Positions 46,679 through 56,131 are shown, counted from the first letter of the stretch. The stretch: 64,000 bases of DNA from an uncultured Acidobacteriota bacterium (GCA_963804995.1 CAWDSK010000002.1:256001-320000); one strand, 5' to 3'. Program-made: numbers and translations. Notes: generated from the sequence alone by a model not told the origin.

Positions 46679-46792
46679 TAGCGCGGCGGAGCCGTAAAAA
46701 TCAGGGGGTGAAAATCGGCTGAAGATGGGAAATCTGGTGGGACCTCGCTCGCTATGCCCCGCGGAGAGCGACAAGTGGGACAGTCCCACTTG
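46679..46792 (-). repeat. ~115-bp dispersed element, copy 2 (inverted relative to copy 1)
   Basis: TAGCGCGGCGGA...CGCTATGCCCCGCGGAGAGCGACAAGTGGGACAGTCCCACTTG. Confidence 0.85.
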
Positions 46793-47269
46793 CTTACAAA
46801 ACGTCGCGGGCCTGCAAAATTGGAGCAGGCGAGCAGGCGATGCCGGGCCCGACCTCCTCACCCGGCGCCCGGCCGCACGTCCAGATTCCTCGCCTCCGGC
46901 TCTCACGCCAACTCACCCAAGTCCCACCTCAGAGTCTCGATGCATCTGCCGCACTGTGCAGCCGCGACCCAAGGATCGAACCATTCTTATTGTAGTAATA
47001 CCACAAATGGCACAACATTCTTGCTAAAGTAACAACGGTATTGCACTGCAGAGGAGGACACTTCCTTCAAAAACGTGACAGGGAGGGAGGGGAAATCTGC
47101 GTGGGCGGCTGGCGAGTTGCCTTCAGCGAACGCATCGGTGAGAGTCTGGGGCTTGGGCGCCATGCCCCCCACCAAAGAATATAGTCAAGCCACGTCTTCC
47201 TCCATCGCTTTGCTGGCTCGCCTTGTGGTAAGGTGCGCCCTATGAACCGACACGAATAGGAGGAATCAT

Positions 47270-48274
47270 ATGAGACGACGAGAGTTCATGGCTACCACCA
47301 CCGTGGGAGGCGTTCTGGCCGGCACCAGCGCTCGCGCCGCTGCCCCGCAACTGGCGAGCAGCCACTCCCTAGCGGAACTCACTCGCCGGGAGGAGATTGT
47401 GATCGAGCCTGCAGCTCCCGGCAAGCCCCATGCCGGCAAAGTATTGGCGGTAATCCAACCTCACGCTGACGATATTCCACACTTCGCCGCGGGCACCGTG
47501 GCAAAGCTCATTGACGAAGGCTATACCGGCTATCTCATCCGAACCTCCAACGATGACATGGCCGGGGTAGGCACTCCCGCTGAGACCATGTTGAACAACG
47601 AAAGGGACGATGACCGGGTGGCCAAGGTTCTGGGCCTTCGCAAAGTCTTCGATTTCGGTTACCGGAATCATCGCATGGACGGAATTTCGCGCGAGGAGAT
47701 GCGCTGCCGGTTGATCTTCCTTTTTCGCCTCCTGAAAGTTGACACGATCATCTGCTACGACCCCTGGGGTCTCTACGAAGAGAATCCCGACCATTACGTC
47801 ACCGCCCAGGTGGTGGAATCAGCCTGCTGGATGGCAGGTGGGGATAAGGATTATCCGGAACATTTTGAAGCTGGATTGCAACCGCGCATGGTGGGTGAGA
47901 AATACTACTTTGCGCGGGGCCCGCAGCTTGCCAACCGCATTGTCGATATCTCGCCCTACATCGACAAGAAAGTGGAGGCTAACCTCGCGAATGTGACGCA
48001 AGGCCCGGCCGGGCAAAACGGGTCACGCCTGCGAGCTCGACTGGCCGCCCAGGGGCACCGTCTTCCCGTCCTGGGTTCGAGCGATGACAGCGCCAATCGC
48101 CTCTACATCAAGCACATTGTTTTGGACTATGACTCGCTCAGCCTGCGCGGAGTTCCGTCCGACCGGGAAATGGGCCGTGCCTATGGGCTGGAATGGGCAG
48201 AGGCATTTCACTACATCGGTCCCCCTCAGTCTAAGCTCGACCGATACATCTCCGAAAACGCCGTGGCGCTCTAG
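47270..48274 (+). CDS. Tat-exported PIG-L/LmbE-family deacetylase
   Basis: MRRREF Tat motif, QPHADD, ENPDH; AGGAGG RBS. Confidence 0.9.
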   Translation: MRRREFMATTTVGGVLAGTSARAAAPQLASSHSLAELTRREEIVIEPAAPGKPHAGKVLAVIQPHADDIPHFAAGTVAKLIDEGYTGYLIRTSNDDMAGVGTPAETMLNNERDDDRVAKVLGLRKVFDFGYRNHRMDGISREEMRCRLIFLFRLLKVDTIICYDPWGLYEENPDHYVTAQVVESACWMAGGDKDYPEHFEAGLQPRMVGEKYYFARGPQLANRIVDISPYIDKKVEANLANVTQGPAGQNGSRLRARLAAQGHRLPVLGSSDDSANRLYIKHIVLDYDSLSLRGVPSDREMGRAYGLEWAEAFHYIGPPQSKLDRYISENAVAL

Positions 48275-48515
48275 GTGAGCGGTGGGTCGGATCGAAATAA
48301 GCTCCCCGATCTCGCGCCGACCGGTGGGGAGCCGGGCGCCTTGCTCGCACCCACCGGGCCGGAGGTTTCCTTCCGGCCCCTGGAGTCAATACATTCTTTG
48401 GCTCATTTTCTCACCTGAATCGACCGATTACCGATTTGGGGAAGTGTGTCACGGCGGGGGCGGGCAAGCGGAGGATTCTGGTCATCGGGAGATCGGGTGA
48501 CTTGCGATTTCCGAA

Positions 48516-48743
48516 GGGTCGCAGAGTCTCAAAGAGCGTGAGATGCGCTACCCCGAATGGTCACGTAGGTATGAATTTGCCTGGACGGATAGAAGCGGGA
48601 AAGATGGGGTAGCGCAGAGTGTGGCCCTTTCACACTCTGCGGCTCTTAATTTGATAAACATGCAATGCAACGGTATGTCCGCGAGCAGGGCGCATCTGAA
48701 GACGAGCCGCAGAGTCTCAAAGAGCGCGAGACTCTGCGCTACC
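48516..48743. repeat. Left REP cluster (3 GTAG REPs)
   Basis: REPs at 48516-48554 (reverse), 48606-48645 (forward, GTAGCGCAGAGTGT...ACACTCTGCG) and 48704-48743 (reverse). Confidence 0.92.
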
Positions 48744-48787
48744 ACTCTCTGCAGCTTTTCCTCGGATGACGAACTATAATCGGCCTC

Positions 48788-49309
48788 ATGTCGCGTCTCC
48801 GCCGCCTCGTGTTGTCCGACCGGTATTTCTTTATCACCTGCCGCGTCCTGCCGCACCGGAAGGCGCTGGAGGAATCCGAGTTTGAGTGCTTGGCCAAGGT
48901 GGTGGCCGAGCGACGGGAGAAGCACGGGTTTCTGCTGACGGCCTGGGTTCTGCTTCCGGACCATTGGCATGCCATCTTCTATCCGCGCTCTCCACTCACC
49001 ATCTCGCGGGTTATGGAGTCCATCAAGGTGGGCGCCACCTCGAAAATCAACAGCGCCCGAAGGGAAAGGGGCCTCCTGTGGCAGCCGCGTTTCTTCGACC
49101 GCGCCATCCGTACCGTGAAGGAATATTACGAGAAAGTGGAGTACATTCACCAGAACCCGGTGAAGTCGGGCTTGGTGAGCCGGGCGGAGGACTGGGCGTG
49201 GTCAAGCGTGCGCGAATACTCGGGGACGGTCCATGCGCCCCTGAGCCCGCACCCTATTCTGACGATCAACCGCGTCACGCTACCGGCGGAGCTGCGAACC
49301 CGGATTTGA
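48788..49309 (+). CDS. rayT: REP-associated tyrosine transposase (RAYT/TnpAREP, Y1 HUH)
   Basis: YFFIT, WVLLPDHWH (HUH), LWQPRFFDRAIR, YIHQNPVKSGLV, DWAWSS; flanked by REPs. Confidence 0.93.
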   Translation: MSRLRRLVLSDRYFFITCRVLPHRKALEESEFECLAKVVAERREKHGFLLTAWVLLPDHWHAIFYPRSPLTISRVMESIKVGATSKINSARRERGLLWQPRFFDRAIRTVKEYYEKVEYIHQNPVKSGLVSRAEDWAWSSVREYSGTVHAPLSPHPILTINRVTLPAELRTRI

Positions 49310-49313
49310 GGAA

Positions 49314-49605
49314 GGGCCGCAGAGTCTCGAAGAGCGTGAGACTCTGCGCTACCCCCGTGTGTTGGCATAGGAGAGAATTCGCTTAGACAGATGCAAGCGG
49401 GTCAGATGGGGTAGCGCAGAGTGTATGCCTTTCACACTCTGCGGCTCTTAATATGATAAACATGCACTGTATTATTAACACATGTCTTAACCACCTAACG
49501 TGGTGATCCAGTTTCCCTGGGGGACACAAGCGGTGAACGGAAGCCGCGCCCAACAAACGAAGAGCCGCAGAGTCTCGGAAAGCACGAGACTCTGATGCGC
49601 TACCC
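49314..49605. repeat. Right REP cluster (3 GTAG REPs)
   Basis: REPs at 49314-49355 (reverse), 49408-49447 (forward) and 49562-49605 (reverse); first spacer and following tail homologous to the left cluster. Confidence 0.92.
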
Positions 49606-49654
49606 GCTCATTTCAAGACACGCAGATGTGCGGAGGGGGGCTGTACTAGCGGCC

Positions 49655-50437
49655 ATGGACATGGAACGTTTTGAACACGCGATTGCTTTGCGCAATGCCG
49701 GTCGTGTTGAGGAGGCGCTGAGGGAGCTTGCCATGCTCACGGAATTGACCCCCGAATCCGAAGGGAAGGCCACCCTGCTGGTTAACCAATCGACGTGCTT
49801 GATAAGCCTGGGCCGGATACAGGAAGCGAGGCGGCAGCTCTCCTCGGCTCGCCACATAGCTCCGAAGACGCAGATACAACTCTACCTGGAATTTGAGGAC
49901 GCTGGCTTATGCTCCCATGAGGGCAAATGGGACAAAGCTCTGGCAATTCTCGACAGCCTGCAACAGAAGCATGGTGACCTGCTGCTCATGACAGAGCACC
50001 GGGAACTCTATGAACAGGTCCAGGTTATCCGTGGCGGGGCGCTGGTGGCGCTTGCCCGTTTTCGGGAGGCGCGCACTATCTTGGAAGAGTGCTTACGATT
50101 TCATCTCGGCGCGGACGACGACCGACACGTACTTGCTAACCTTGGTGCCTGCTATAAGAACTTGGGTGAAAAGGCCCTCGGCAAGCAGGCACTCCTGGAG
50201 GCGCTCCAGAAGGGTGTACAGGGTTCCGATGCAGTCTCCGCACACTACTATTTGGGGACGATCTACTCTGCCGAGAAAGCACATGCTAAGGCCTTGATGG
50301 AGTTTGAGTGGTGCCTGGCTCACGTGGAGGGAGGCCAGATTCCCAAGCGGCACATATGCGAGTGGCTCGCCAGCACAGCCCGAACTCTAGGGATGAGGGA
50401 GGATGCAGAACATTACGAAAAGCTCACCAAAGAGTAG
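49655..50437 (+). CDS. TPR-repeat protein
   Basis: Repeated TPR-like helices (LANLGACY, AHYYLGTIY, ALMEFEWCL); start trimmed to fall outside the REP. Confidence 0.8.
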   Translation: MDMERFEHAIALRNAGRVEEALRELAMLTELTPESEGKATLLVNQSTCLISLGRIQEARRQLSSARHIAPKTQIQLYLEFEDAGLCSHEGKWDKALAILDSLQQKHGDLLLMTEHRELYEQVQVIRGGALVALARFREARTILEECLRFHLGADDDRHVLANLGACYKNLGEKALGKQALLEALQKGVQGSDAVSAHYYLGTIYSAEKAHAKALMEFEWCLAHVEGGQIPKRHICEWLASTARTLGMREDAEHYEKLTKE

Positions 50438-50470
50438 GCAGGCTGGCGCAGAACGAGCACAGTTCTGCGA
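50437..50470 (+). repeat. Half copy of GGCTGGCGCAG repeat
   Basis: GGCAGGCTGGCGCAGAAC-GAGCACA-GTTCTGCGA immediately after the TPR stop. Confidence 0.75.
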
Positions 50471-50513
50471 TTCAGTGCAAATCAAGTCAGTCGGTCCGGG
50501 GAGGGCAACAACC

Positions 50514-50786
50514 ATGCCGACGAATCGCGAAGAAATTATTGCGGACATCCAGGGACACATTCAGAAATTCGGTGGCGGGTTGAGCGAATGGTGTGTGGGC
50601 ACGGCCAAAGACCCTCGTGGCCCGTTTTCCAAGGGCAGTGGCTAGTTGCTAGTGGTTAGTGGCTAGAAGAGCAGTCCCAAGCCATTCGCGACCACTTCGT
50701 AAAGTCGCCGCGGCGACCGGCCTCGAACTCGACCTCGAAGACGCCCCCGAGCCCGGCAAAATCGTCTTCGTCTACTCAAGAATAGG
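50514..50786 (+). pseudogene. Disrupted small hypothetical gene
   Basis: GGAGG RBS, MPTNREEIIADIQGHIQKFGGGLSEWCVGTAKD; stop inside the (GTGGCTA)n array; protein-like remainder (AIRDHFV / PEPGKIVFVY) in other frames. Confidence 0.5.
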
Positions 50787-50880
50787 GAATGGGGAATAGG
50801 GAATAGGGAACAGGTGACAGGGAACGGAAGTACAGGGAATAGGGAACAGGTTACAGGGAACAGGTGATAGGGAACAGGGA
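50638..50880 (+). repeat. 7-bp arrays (GTGGCTA)4 and (AGGGAAY)n
   Basis: GTGGCTA GTTGCTA GTGGTTA GTGGCTA at 50638-50665; AGGGAAT/AGGGAAC/AGGTGAC array at ~50780-50880 with no inverted partner nearby. Confidence 0.9.
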
Positions 50881-50945
50881 CGAGAAAGAGTGCTGAATTT
50901 GCTTGACCAAAGCCCGGGTCCGAGTCAGAAATGTACAAACTCCAG

Positions 50946-50969
50946 GGGCCGGAAGCTTCCTTCCGGCCC
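50946..50969 (-). terminator. Hairpin downstream of flgE
   Basis: GGGCCGGAAG-CTTC-CTTCCGGCCC, 30 nt after the flgE stop; weak U tract. Confidence 0.55.
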
Positions 50970-50999
50970 TCCGCATTTCCCGCAGCATCTTACGCAAGC

Positions 51000-53390
51000 C
51001 TAACCCTGTATCAACGCGATGGAAGATTGCATCACGTTGTCGGCCGTCGTGATTGCCTTGGCATTTGCCTCATAACCGCGTTCGGCCTGGATAAGTTGGG
51101 TGAATGCCGTGGCAATGTCCACGTTGGAAGCCTCCAGCGAGCCTCCGTCCAAGGTTCCACGGCCACCGCTTCCAGGTGTCCCCACGCTAGCAGCCCCGGA
51201 AGCCAAACTCGTTTGGTAGTCGTTCGACCCAAGGCGTGTCAGACCGTCGTAATTCGGGAAGGTTGCGAGCGCAATCTGGTCCAACGAAACAGTTTGGCCG
51301 TTAGAGAGAACCCCGTTGATCATCCCGGAAGAGTCGATGGTGTAGCTCTGCAAAGTTCCGGCGCTATAACCATTCTGATCTTTGGCAGATGTGGCAGAAG
51401 GTTCTGCCGTCTGGGTAATGACGGCATTCCCCGGTGAATTGTAGAGTTGCCAATTGATGGCCATGGTTTTGGCTCCATCAGCCAAATTACTGACGCTGAT
51501 TCCCGCCACGTCTGCTGAAGGCAGAACCAAATTCCCGGACGAGTCGAACTGTAACGTCCCGCTAGCCACTACTTGGGGGTTGCCCGCGGCCCCTACGTCC
51601 GCGGCAGGAATGGTGATCTGATAATTCCAAGTCCCGGCCGCTGACTTATTGAAATTGAAGTTCAGAACATGGCTATTGCCGAGGGAATCATAGACGGTCA
51701 TGGAGTCGCTGAACGTTCCTGCGTCGGCGCCTCCCGCCAGGTCTGCGGCCCCGAATGAACCGGTAATACCGGAGGCGGAATCCCAGGTGGTCGAGGTGAC
51801 CATGGCGTTGCCGCTTGCCCCACTATTAACTGCCTGAAGGTTGAGTGTGGTGGCATTAGAACTGAGGGCCGTAACCGAGGCGTTGGCGACGGTGTTCGGG
51901 CCGTAAGTCGTTCCCGCTGCCTGCCCTCCCACTCCTGACGCGTTGATGGCGCCCACCAGGTTGGCAAGGGTATGTGCGACGTCGGCTCCGATCAGAACGG
52001 TGTTCGGTGCGCTCGCGCCTGTGATGGAATTTTCGAAGGTGTAGGTCGTTCCGCCAATGTTAACAGTCTGGCCCTGGACCGGGAGAGGAACCGGCACGGT
52101 GAGCGCCCCGGTCGCCGTCACCGCGTTCACGCCTCCCGCCAGGTCGGCGCCCCCGAATGAACCGTTGGTCCAAGTGGTGGAGGTGCCGACATTGTTGCCC
52201 AATTGTCCAATGGGAACTGCCGTCAGGGTGAGCGAGGTGGCCGTAGGATTCGAGGCCGCGGCCGAGGCGTTGGCGCCGGCGACAGAAGCGATGTAGTCAG
52301 TGCCTGCATTCGGTCCCGCGTTGATGGCTTCCTCCAGGTGGGTAAGGGTATTCTGGACGCTTGCTGGGTCGATCAGAACGTCGTCGGGGTTGGCGAGGAC
52401 GGTCTGGAAGGTGTAGGCCCTTCCAGCGATGGTCACGGTCTGGCCCGCGGTGGGAACAGCCGACGCAGTAAGCGCCCCGGTCGCCTGCTGAACGGTCACG
52501 CCTCCCGTCAGGCCTGTCCCCCCGAATGAACCGCCAGTCCAGTTGGTCGTGGTGACATCGGTATTGCCGAGGGCCCCAGCATTTTTTGCTTGCAGGTTGA
52601 GTGCGGTGGCTGTGGAACCGGTGGCCGTAACTGAAGTGTTGGCAGCTATGGTGTTGGAGGAATAGGTAGTGCCTGCCCCCGCTCCCAAATTGATGGCGGC
52701 CATCAGGTTGGCAAGTGTCGATTGGACATCGGGTCCGATCAGCACAGTGTCTGCCGCACTTTGGGCCGTGAGGGCTGTAGCGAAAGTGTAGGGCGTTCCC
52801 CCAATGGTAACTGTCTGGCCCGCGGCCGGGAGCGCCAGCGGCACCGTAAGGGCCCCCGTTGCCGTCGCCAGCGAAGTGGCCGAGGCATCCAAGTTCATGT
52901 TCAGTTCCACGTTGGAGGTGGCGTTGGGGGGATAGCTCTGGCCGCTGGAAATGACGATCGGGGAGAGGACTTGGCTGGTGCTGATAGCACCGTTCACGGC
53001 GGTGTAGCCCATTACGTTGTTCCCATTGCTGTCCACAAGATTCCCTTGAGAATTCAAGCTGAAATTGCCCGCGCGGGTGTAAACCTGAGTGCCATTCTGA
53101 CTCAATATAAAGAGCCCGTTCCCTTGGATGGCAACGTCCGTAGGTACGCCCGTCGTGGAGATATTGCCTTGCGTAAGGGGCGATGAGACGGAACTCATCG
53201 TGGTGCCCACTCCCACTTGCACCGGGTCACCGGCCCCGTCTGTGCCCAACATCTGGTAGAACAAGTCGCTGAAAATGGGGGTCCCCGTCTTGAATGCGGT
53301 GGTGTTCAGGTTGGACAAATCATTAGAAATAACCGAGAGGGCCTGTTCCTCGGCATTGAGACCGGAAAGTGACGTGGAAAACGATGACAT
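51000..53390 (-). CDS. flgE: Flagellar hook protein FlgE, 796 aa, with three tandem inserted domains
   Basis: SLSGL...ISNDLSNLNTTAFK, DVAIQGNGLF, YTRAGNF, VYDSLG, LEASNVD...QAERGYEANAKAITT. Confidence 0.95.
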   Translation of the reverse strand: MSSFSTSLSGLNAEEQALSVISNDLSNLNTTAFKTGTPIFSDLFYQMLGTDGAGDPVQVGVGTTMSSVSSPLTQGNISTTGVPTDVAIQGNGLFILSQNGTQVYTRAGNFSLNSQGNLVDSNGNNVMGYTAVNGAISTSQVLSPIVISSGQSYPPNATSNVELNMNLDASATSLATATGALTVPLALPAAGQTVTIGGTPYTFATALTAQSAADTVLIGPDVQSTLANLMAAINLGAGAGTTYSSNTIAANTSVTATGSTATALNLQAKNAGALGNTDVTTTNWTGGSFGGTGLTGGVTVQQATGALTASAVPTAGQTVTIAGRAYTFQTVLANPDDVLIDPASVQNTLTHLEEAINAGPNAGTDYIASVAGANASAAASNPTATSLTLTAVPIGQLGNNVGTSTTWTNGSFGGADLAGGVNAVTATGALTVPVPLPVQGQTVNIGGTTYTFENSITGASAPNTVLIGADVAHTLANLVGAINASGVGGQAAGTTYGPNTVANASVTALSSNATTLNLQAVNSGASGNAMVTSTTWDSASGITGSFGAADLAGGADAGTFSDSMTVYDSLGNSHVLNFNFNKSAAGTWNYQITIPAADVGAAGNPQVVASGTLQFDSSGNLVLPSADVAGISVSNLADGAKTMAINWQLYNSPGNAVITQTAEPSATSAKDQNGYSAGTLQSYTIDSSGMINGVLSNGQTVSLDQIALATFPNYDGLTRLGSNDYQTSLASGAASVGTPGSGGRGTLDGGSLEASNVDIATAFTQLIQAERGYEANAKAITTADNVMQSSIALIQG

Positions 53391-53418
53391 GTTTCTCCTC
53401 CTAATTCGATGTGGGCGT

Positions 53419-53703
53419 CTAACTCGAGGTCGTTGCCGAGGTGGCATACTGCTGCACGACCTGGTTGATATCTGTCACTTGCTCGAGTTGGTTCAACTGA
53501 ACAAGCTGCGACATGAAAGTTGTGGGATCCATAGGTTGCGTCGGATCCTGGTTTTGGATTTCTGCAACCAATAGGGTCATGAAATCGTTGGGATTCACAC
53601 CACTGGTAGAGCTCGAAGAACTGGATGACCCTGAACTGTTAGTGCCATTAGTGTTCGTCGTCGCCGCGTATGCGTGAAGACCATTTATCGTCATCGGTAT
53701 CAT
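53419..53703 (-). CDS. flgD: Flagellar hook capping protein FlgD (N-terminal domain only)
   Basis: NDFMTLLVAEIQNQDPTQPMDPTTFMSQLVQLNQLEQ. Confidence 0.92.
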   Translation of the reverse strand: MIPMTINGLHAYAATTNTNGTNSSGSSSSSSSTSGVNPNDFMTLLVAEIQNQDPTQPMDPTTFMSQLVQLNQLEQVTDINQVVQQYATSATTSS

Positions 53704-53719
53704 TCTCCTTCGGCTCCGG

Positions 53720-56003
53720 CTAAGCCCGAACACTCAGACCGGCTGCCGGATCTGTTGATTCCTCACTCTCCGAAGAACTTCTCGCCGCGCTGCGGGATTG
53801 CGGCGGGTTGTCCCACGGCAGAACTTGATGCTGCGGTGAAGGGGAAGAGCCTGACTGCTGATCGTGCTTCTCCCCCCCGTTCATTCCTCCACCTACGTGA
53901 TCCTGGTAAACGGCAAGGTTTCCCACGCGCAAGTTCCGTTCTCCCAGCGCATGCTTCGAGCGAAGGTAAGCCTGCCGTCAGCAGCGTGTGGGCTTCTTGA
54001 CCCTCGACATGAATCTCCGCCCCCACGGACCCTTCGTGCACGATGGCGCGAACATCCAAGGGGCCCAAGGTGCCAGAGCGAAGCTCCACATGCATTTCCG
54101 CGCCATTGACAGAATCACTGAGCGACGCCGACCGCACAATTTTGCCTGCGCCGCCGTCGTAGTTCTGCCAGGCTGAGAGTGTTGCGGCCGGCTGGCTGGA
54201 AGACCGTGGGGCTTGGGGGGCTGAGTTATCGGCATGGGTCAAGGGAACGCTGGGTGCATGAGCCGTGAGGAGATTCGTGGTCGCATCGGGGGCCGCCAGG
54301 TTGTTGGCGAGGCTGGGAACAACTGCTGGGATGCCTGTAGGATTGTCTCCTGACCCTGGCCCGCCTTGTTGCCCGGATTTCCCATGGTCACTCGTCGATG
54401 GGTCCGAAAGGTTGGAGTGGACCGCGCTATCACCTGAACTGGCAGACACTGCGCCACTGGGCGGAATCCCGTTGGCCTCCGGAGCTGCGTTATTCTGCAA
54501 AATTGTTGCCGGCGTGGCAGGTTGCGAATTCGCGTCGGATGGCGGGACTGTAGCACCGCTTTTAGCTGTGAGGATTGAGTCGCGCAGGTCCGTGGGCTCC
54601 ACCCCGGGGGCCTTCTGCAAGGCAGGATCCAGAGCCGAAGCGTTGGAAAGCGGCCCGGAATGCCCCTCCCCCTTCTCCGGATGGCCGCCAAGGGTTTCAG
54701 GTTTGGTGGTGAGCTGACTCTGGGGAGAGCTGGCCAACACCTGGACCGGTTCACCGCTGGCAGGCACAGCCGTCACCGGGGAACTCACCGGGCTGGCTGT
54801 CTCCGCCACTGCGGGCCGTCCCGACTTAGTTTCCGGGACCTGGAGATTCACCTCTGCTCCCGCGAATTTTGCCAGCCAACTTGACACCTCGGCTAAATCA
54901 GAGGTAACAGGCCGTGCGAATTCAGGCAGGGGCGAAGCGAGTTCCGTGGCCGCAAGGGGCACAGGCGGTTCGAGGGGAGATGCAGACACCGAGGTGCTAC
55001 CTTGAGCCACGGGCGCCGGAGTGGACACTGGCGCGGCTGGCACCGGGACAGGCCTCTGCTGTTCCGGTTGCGTCGAAGGCTGGTCGCCAGGAAGTTGAGG
55101 GAGCGCAGGTGGTGCGGGCACCGTGTTCAGAGTCGCCTGCGTTGGCAGGGGTGTGTTTCGTTCTGAGAAGGGCAGAGACCTCTCCGTTCCCGTTAAGGCT
55201 TGCGATGCATGGCTGGGCACGGGCCCGGTGACTTCTTGGGCGCGGACCCCATTCGGCTCTTTCGACTGGGAAGCTGGCACAGCTAGATTGGGCGCACTCT
55301 TGAACCCCTGAGTTGCTGCGGGGGAGAGTGCCTCTACGATCTGTGGTCCGACAGGCCCGTTCGGGGCAGGGAGTTCCTGAATCTCCGGAGTGCTCACCGG
55401 TGTTGTCATCATCGGCTGAGGGGAAGGAGCGGGGCCCTCTCGATTTGGACCGTCCGTCGGGATTTGTCTCGCGCCGGGCGCAAGCGGCTTTGACGGCTCC
55501 GAGTTGCCTGTCTCTACCTTCCCAACGACCTTACCGACCCTGCCCGAAAGAGTATTCAGGTTAGCCACGCCTGGCAGGGCCGTCGAGGCAGTGGCTGCTC
55601 CCACGTATTGGCCTGGCTCGTCCGCGGAGGAAGCCGGTAGAGTCGTTGCGGAAGTGGACTGAGTGGCAGGCGCGACACCAACCTGGCTAGGAAGAGGCTG
55701 GTTGACCTGGGTGCCCGAGGCAACAGTCGGTGCGGGTTGGCCAGAGCTCGCGACGAACCAACTCAACAAGAGCCCCGCCATCGTGGAGAAGTCGCTCAGG
55801 GAGTTGTCCGTGGGAGGTTTCTGACGCGGTGAGGCCTTCGGATCGCTGCTCGGTGCGTCCAGGATTGGGGTCGGCTCGGCACCCAAGGCACGGCCAAGCG
55901 TCAACGAGAATGACTCACCCCCAGCCGGGACTCCGCCAAGTCCGCCGGAAGCGGGAGGCGTTGGAGTGCTTGCACCTGCGGGTTGAACAAGAGGGGTTTC
56001 CAT
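53720..56003 (-). CDS. fliK: Flagellar hook-length control protein FliK (one +1 frameshift near 53955)
   Basis: Long Pro/Ser/Ala/Thr-rich region, then EMHVELRSGTLGPLDVRA...LPSL. Removing one base restores LEHALGERNLRV...GLSVRA. Confidence 0.82.
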
Positions 56004-56104
56004 AAGAGCATCGGCCCGTTGGGCCACCGACCTAGGAGCAGGAGTAACGCCAAACACGTTTTCGTCAACGGGAATGCGCCCAGAGCCTGAATCTCCTTGA
56101 GAAC

Positions 56105-56131
56105 TAAAGTAATTTCGATCTGGGCCGAACT
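56105..56131 (+). promoter_or_regulatory. Sigma-28-like promoter, antisense to fliJ
   Basis: TAAA-N15-GCCGAACT in the fliJ-fliK spacer. Confidence 0.4.

Noticed and set aside
46590..47026. Sigma-54 promoters at TGGCACGCCCCCTGAT and TGGCACAACATTCTTGC
   Set aside because: The first lacks the -12 GC; the second has GG-N12-GC spacing. Both face away from fliL.
48516..49605. CRISPR array
   Set aside because: Repeats alternate in orientation, the spacers are partly homologous and irregular, and there are no cas genes.
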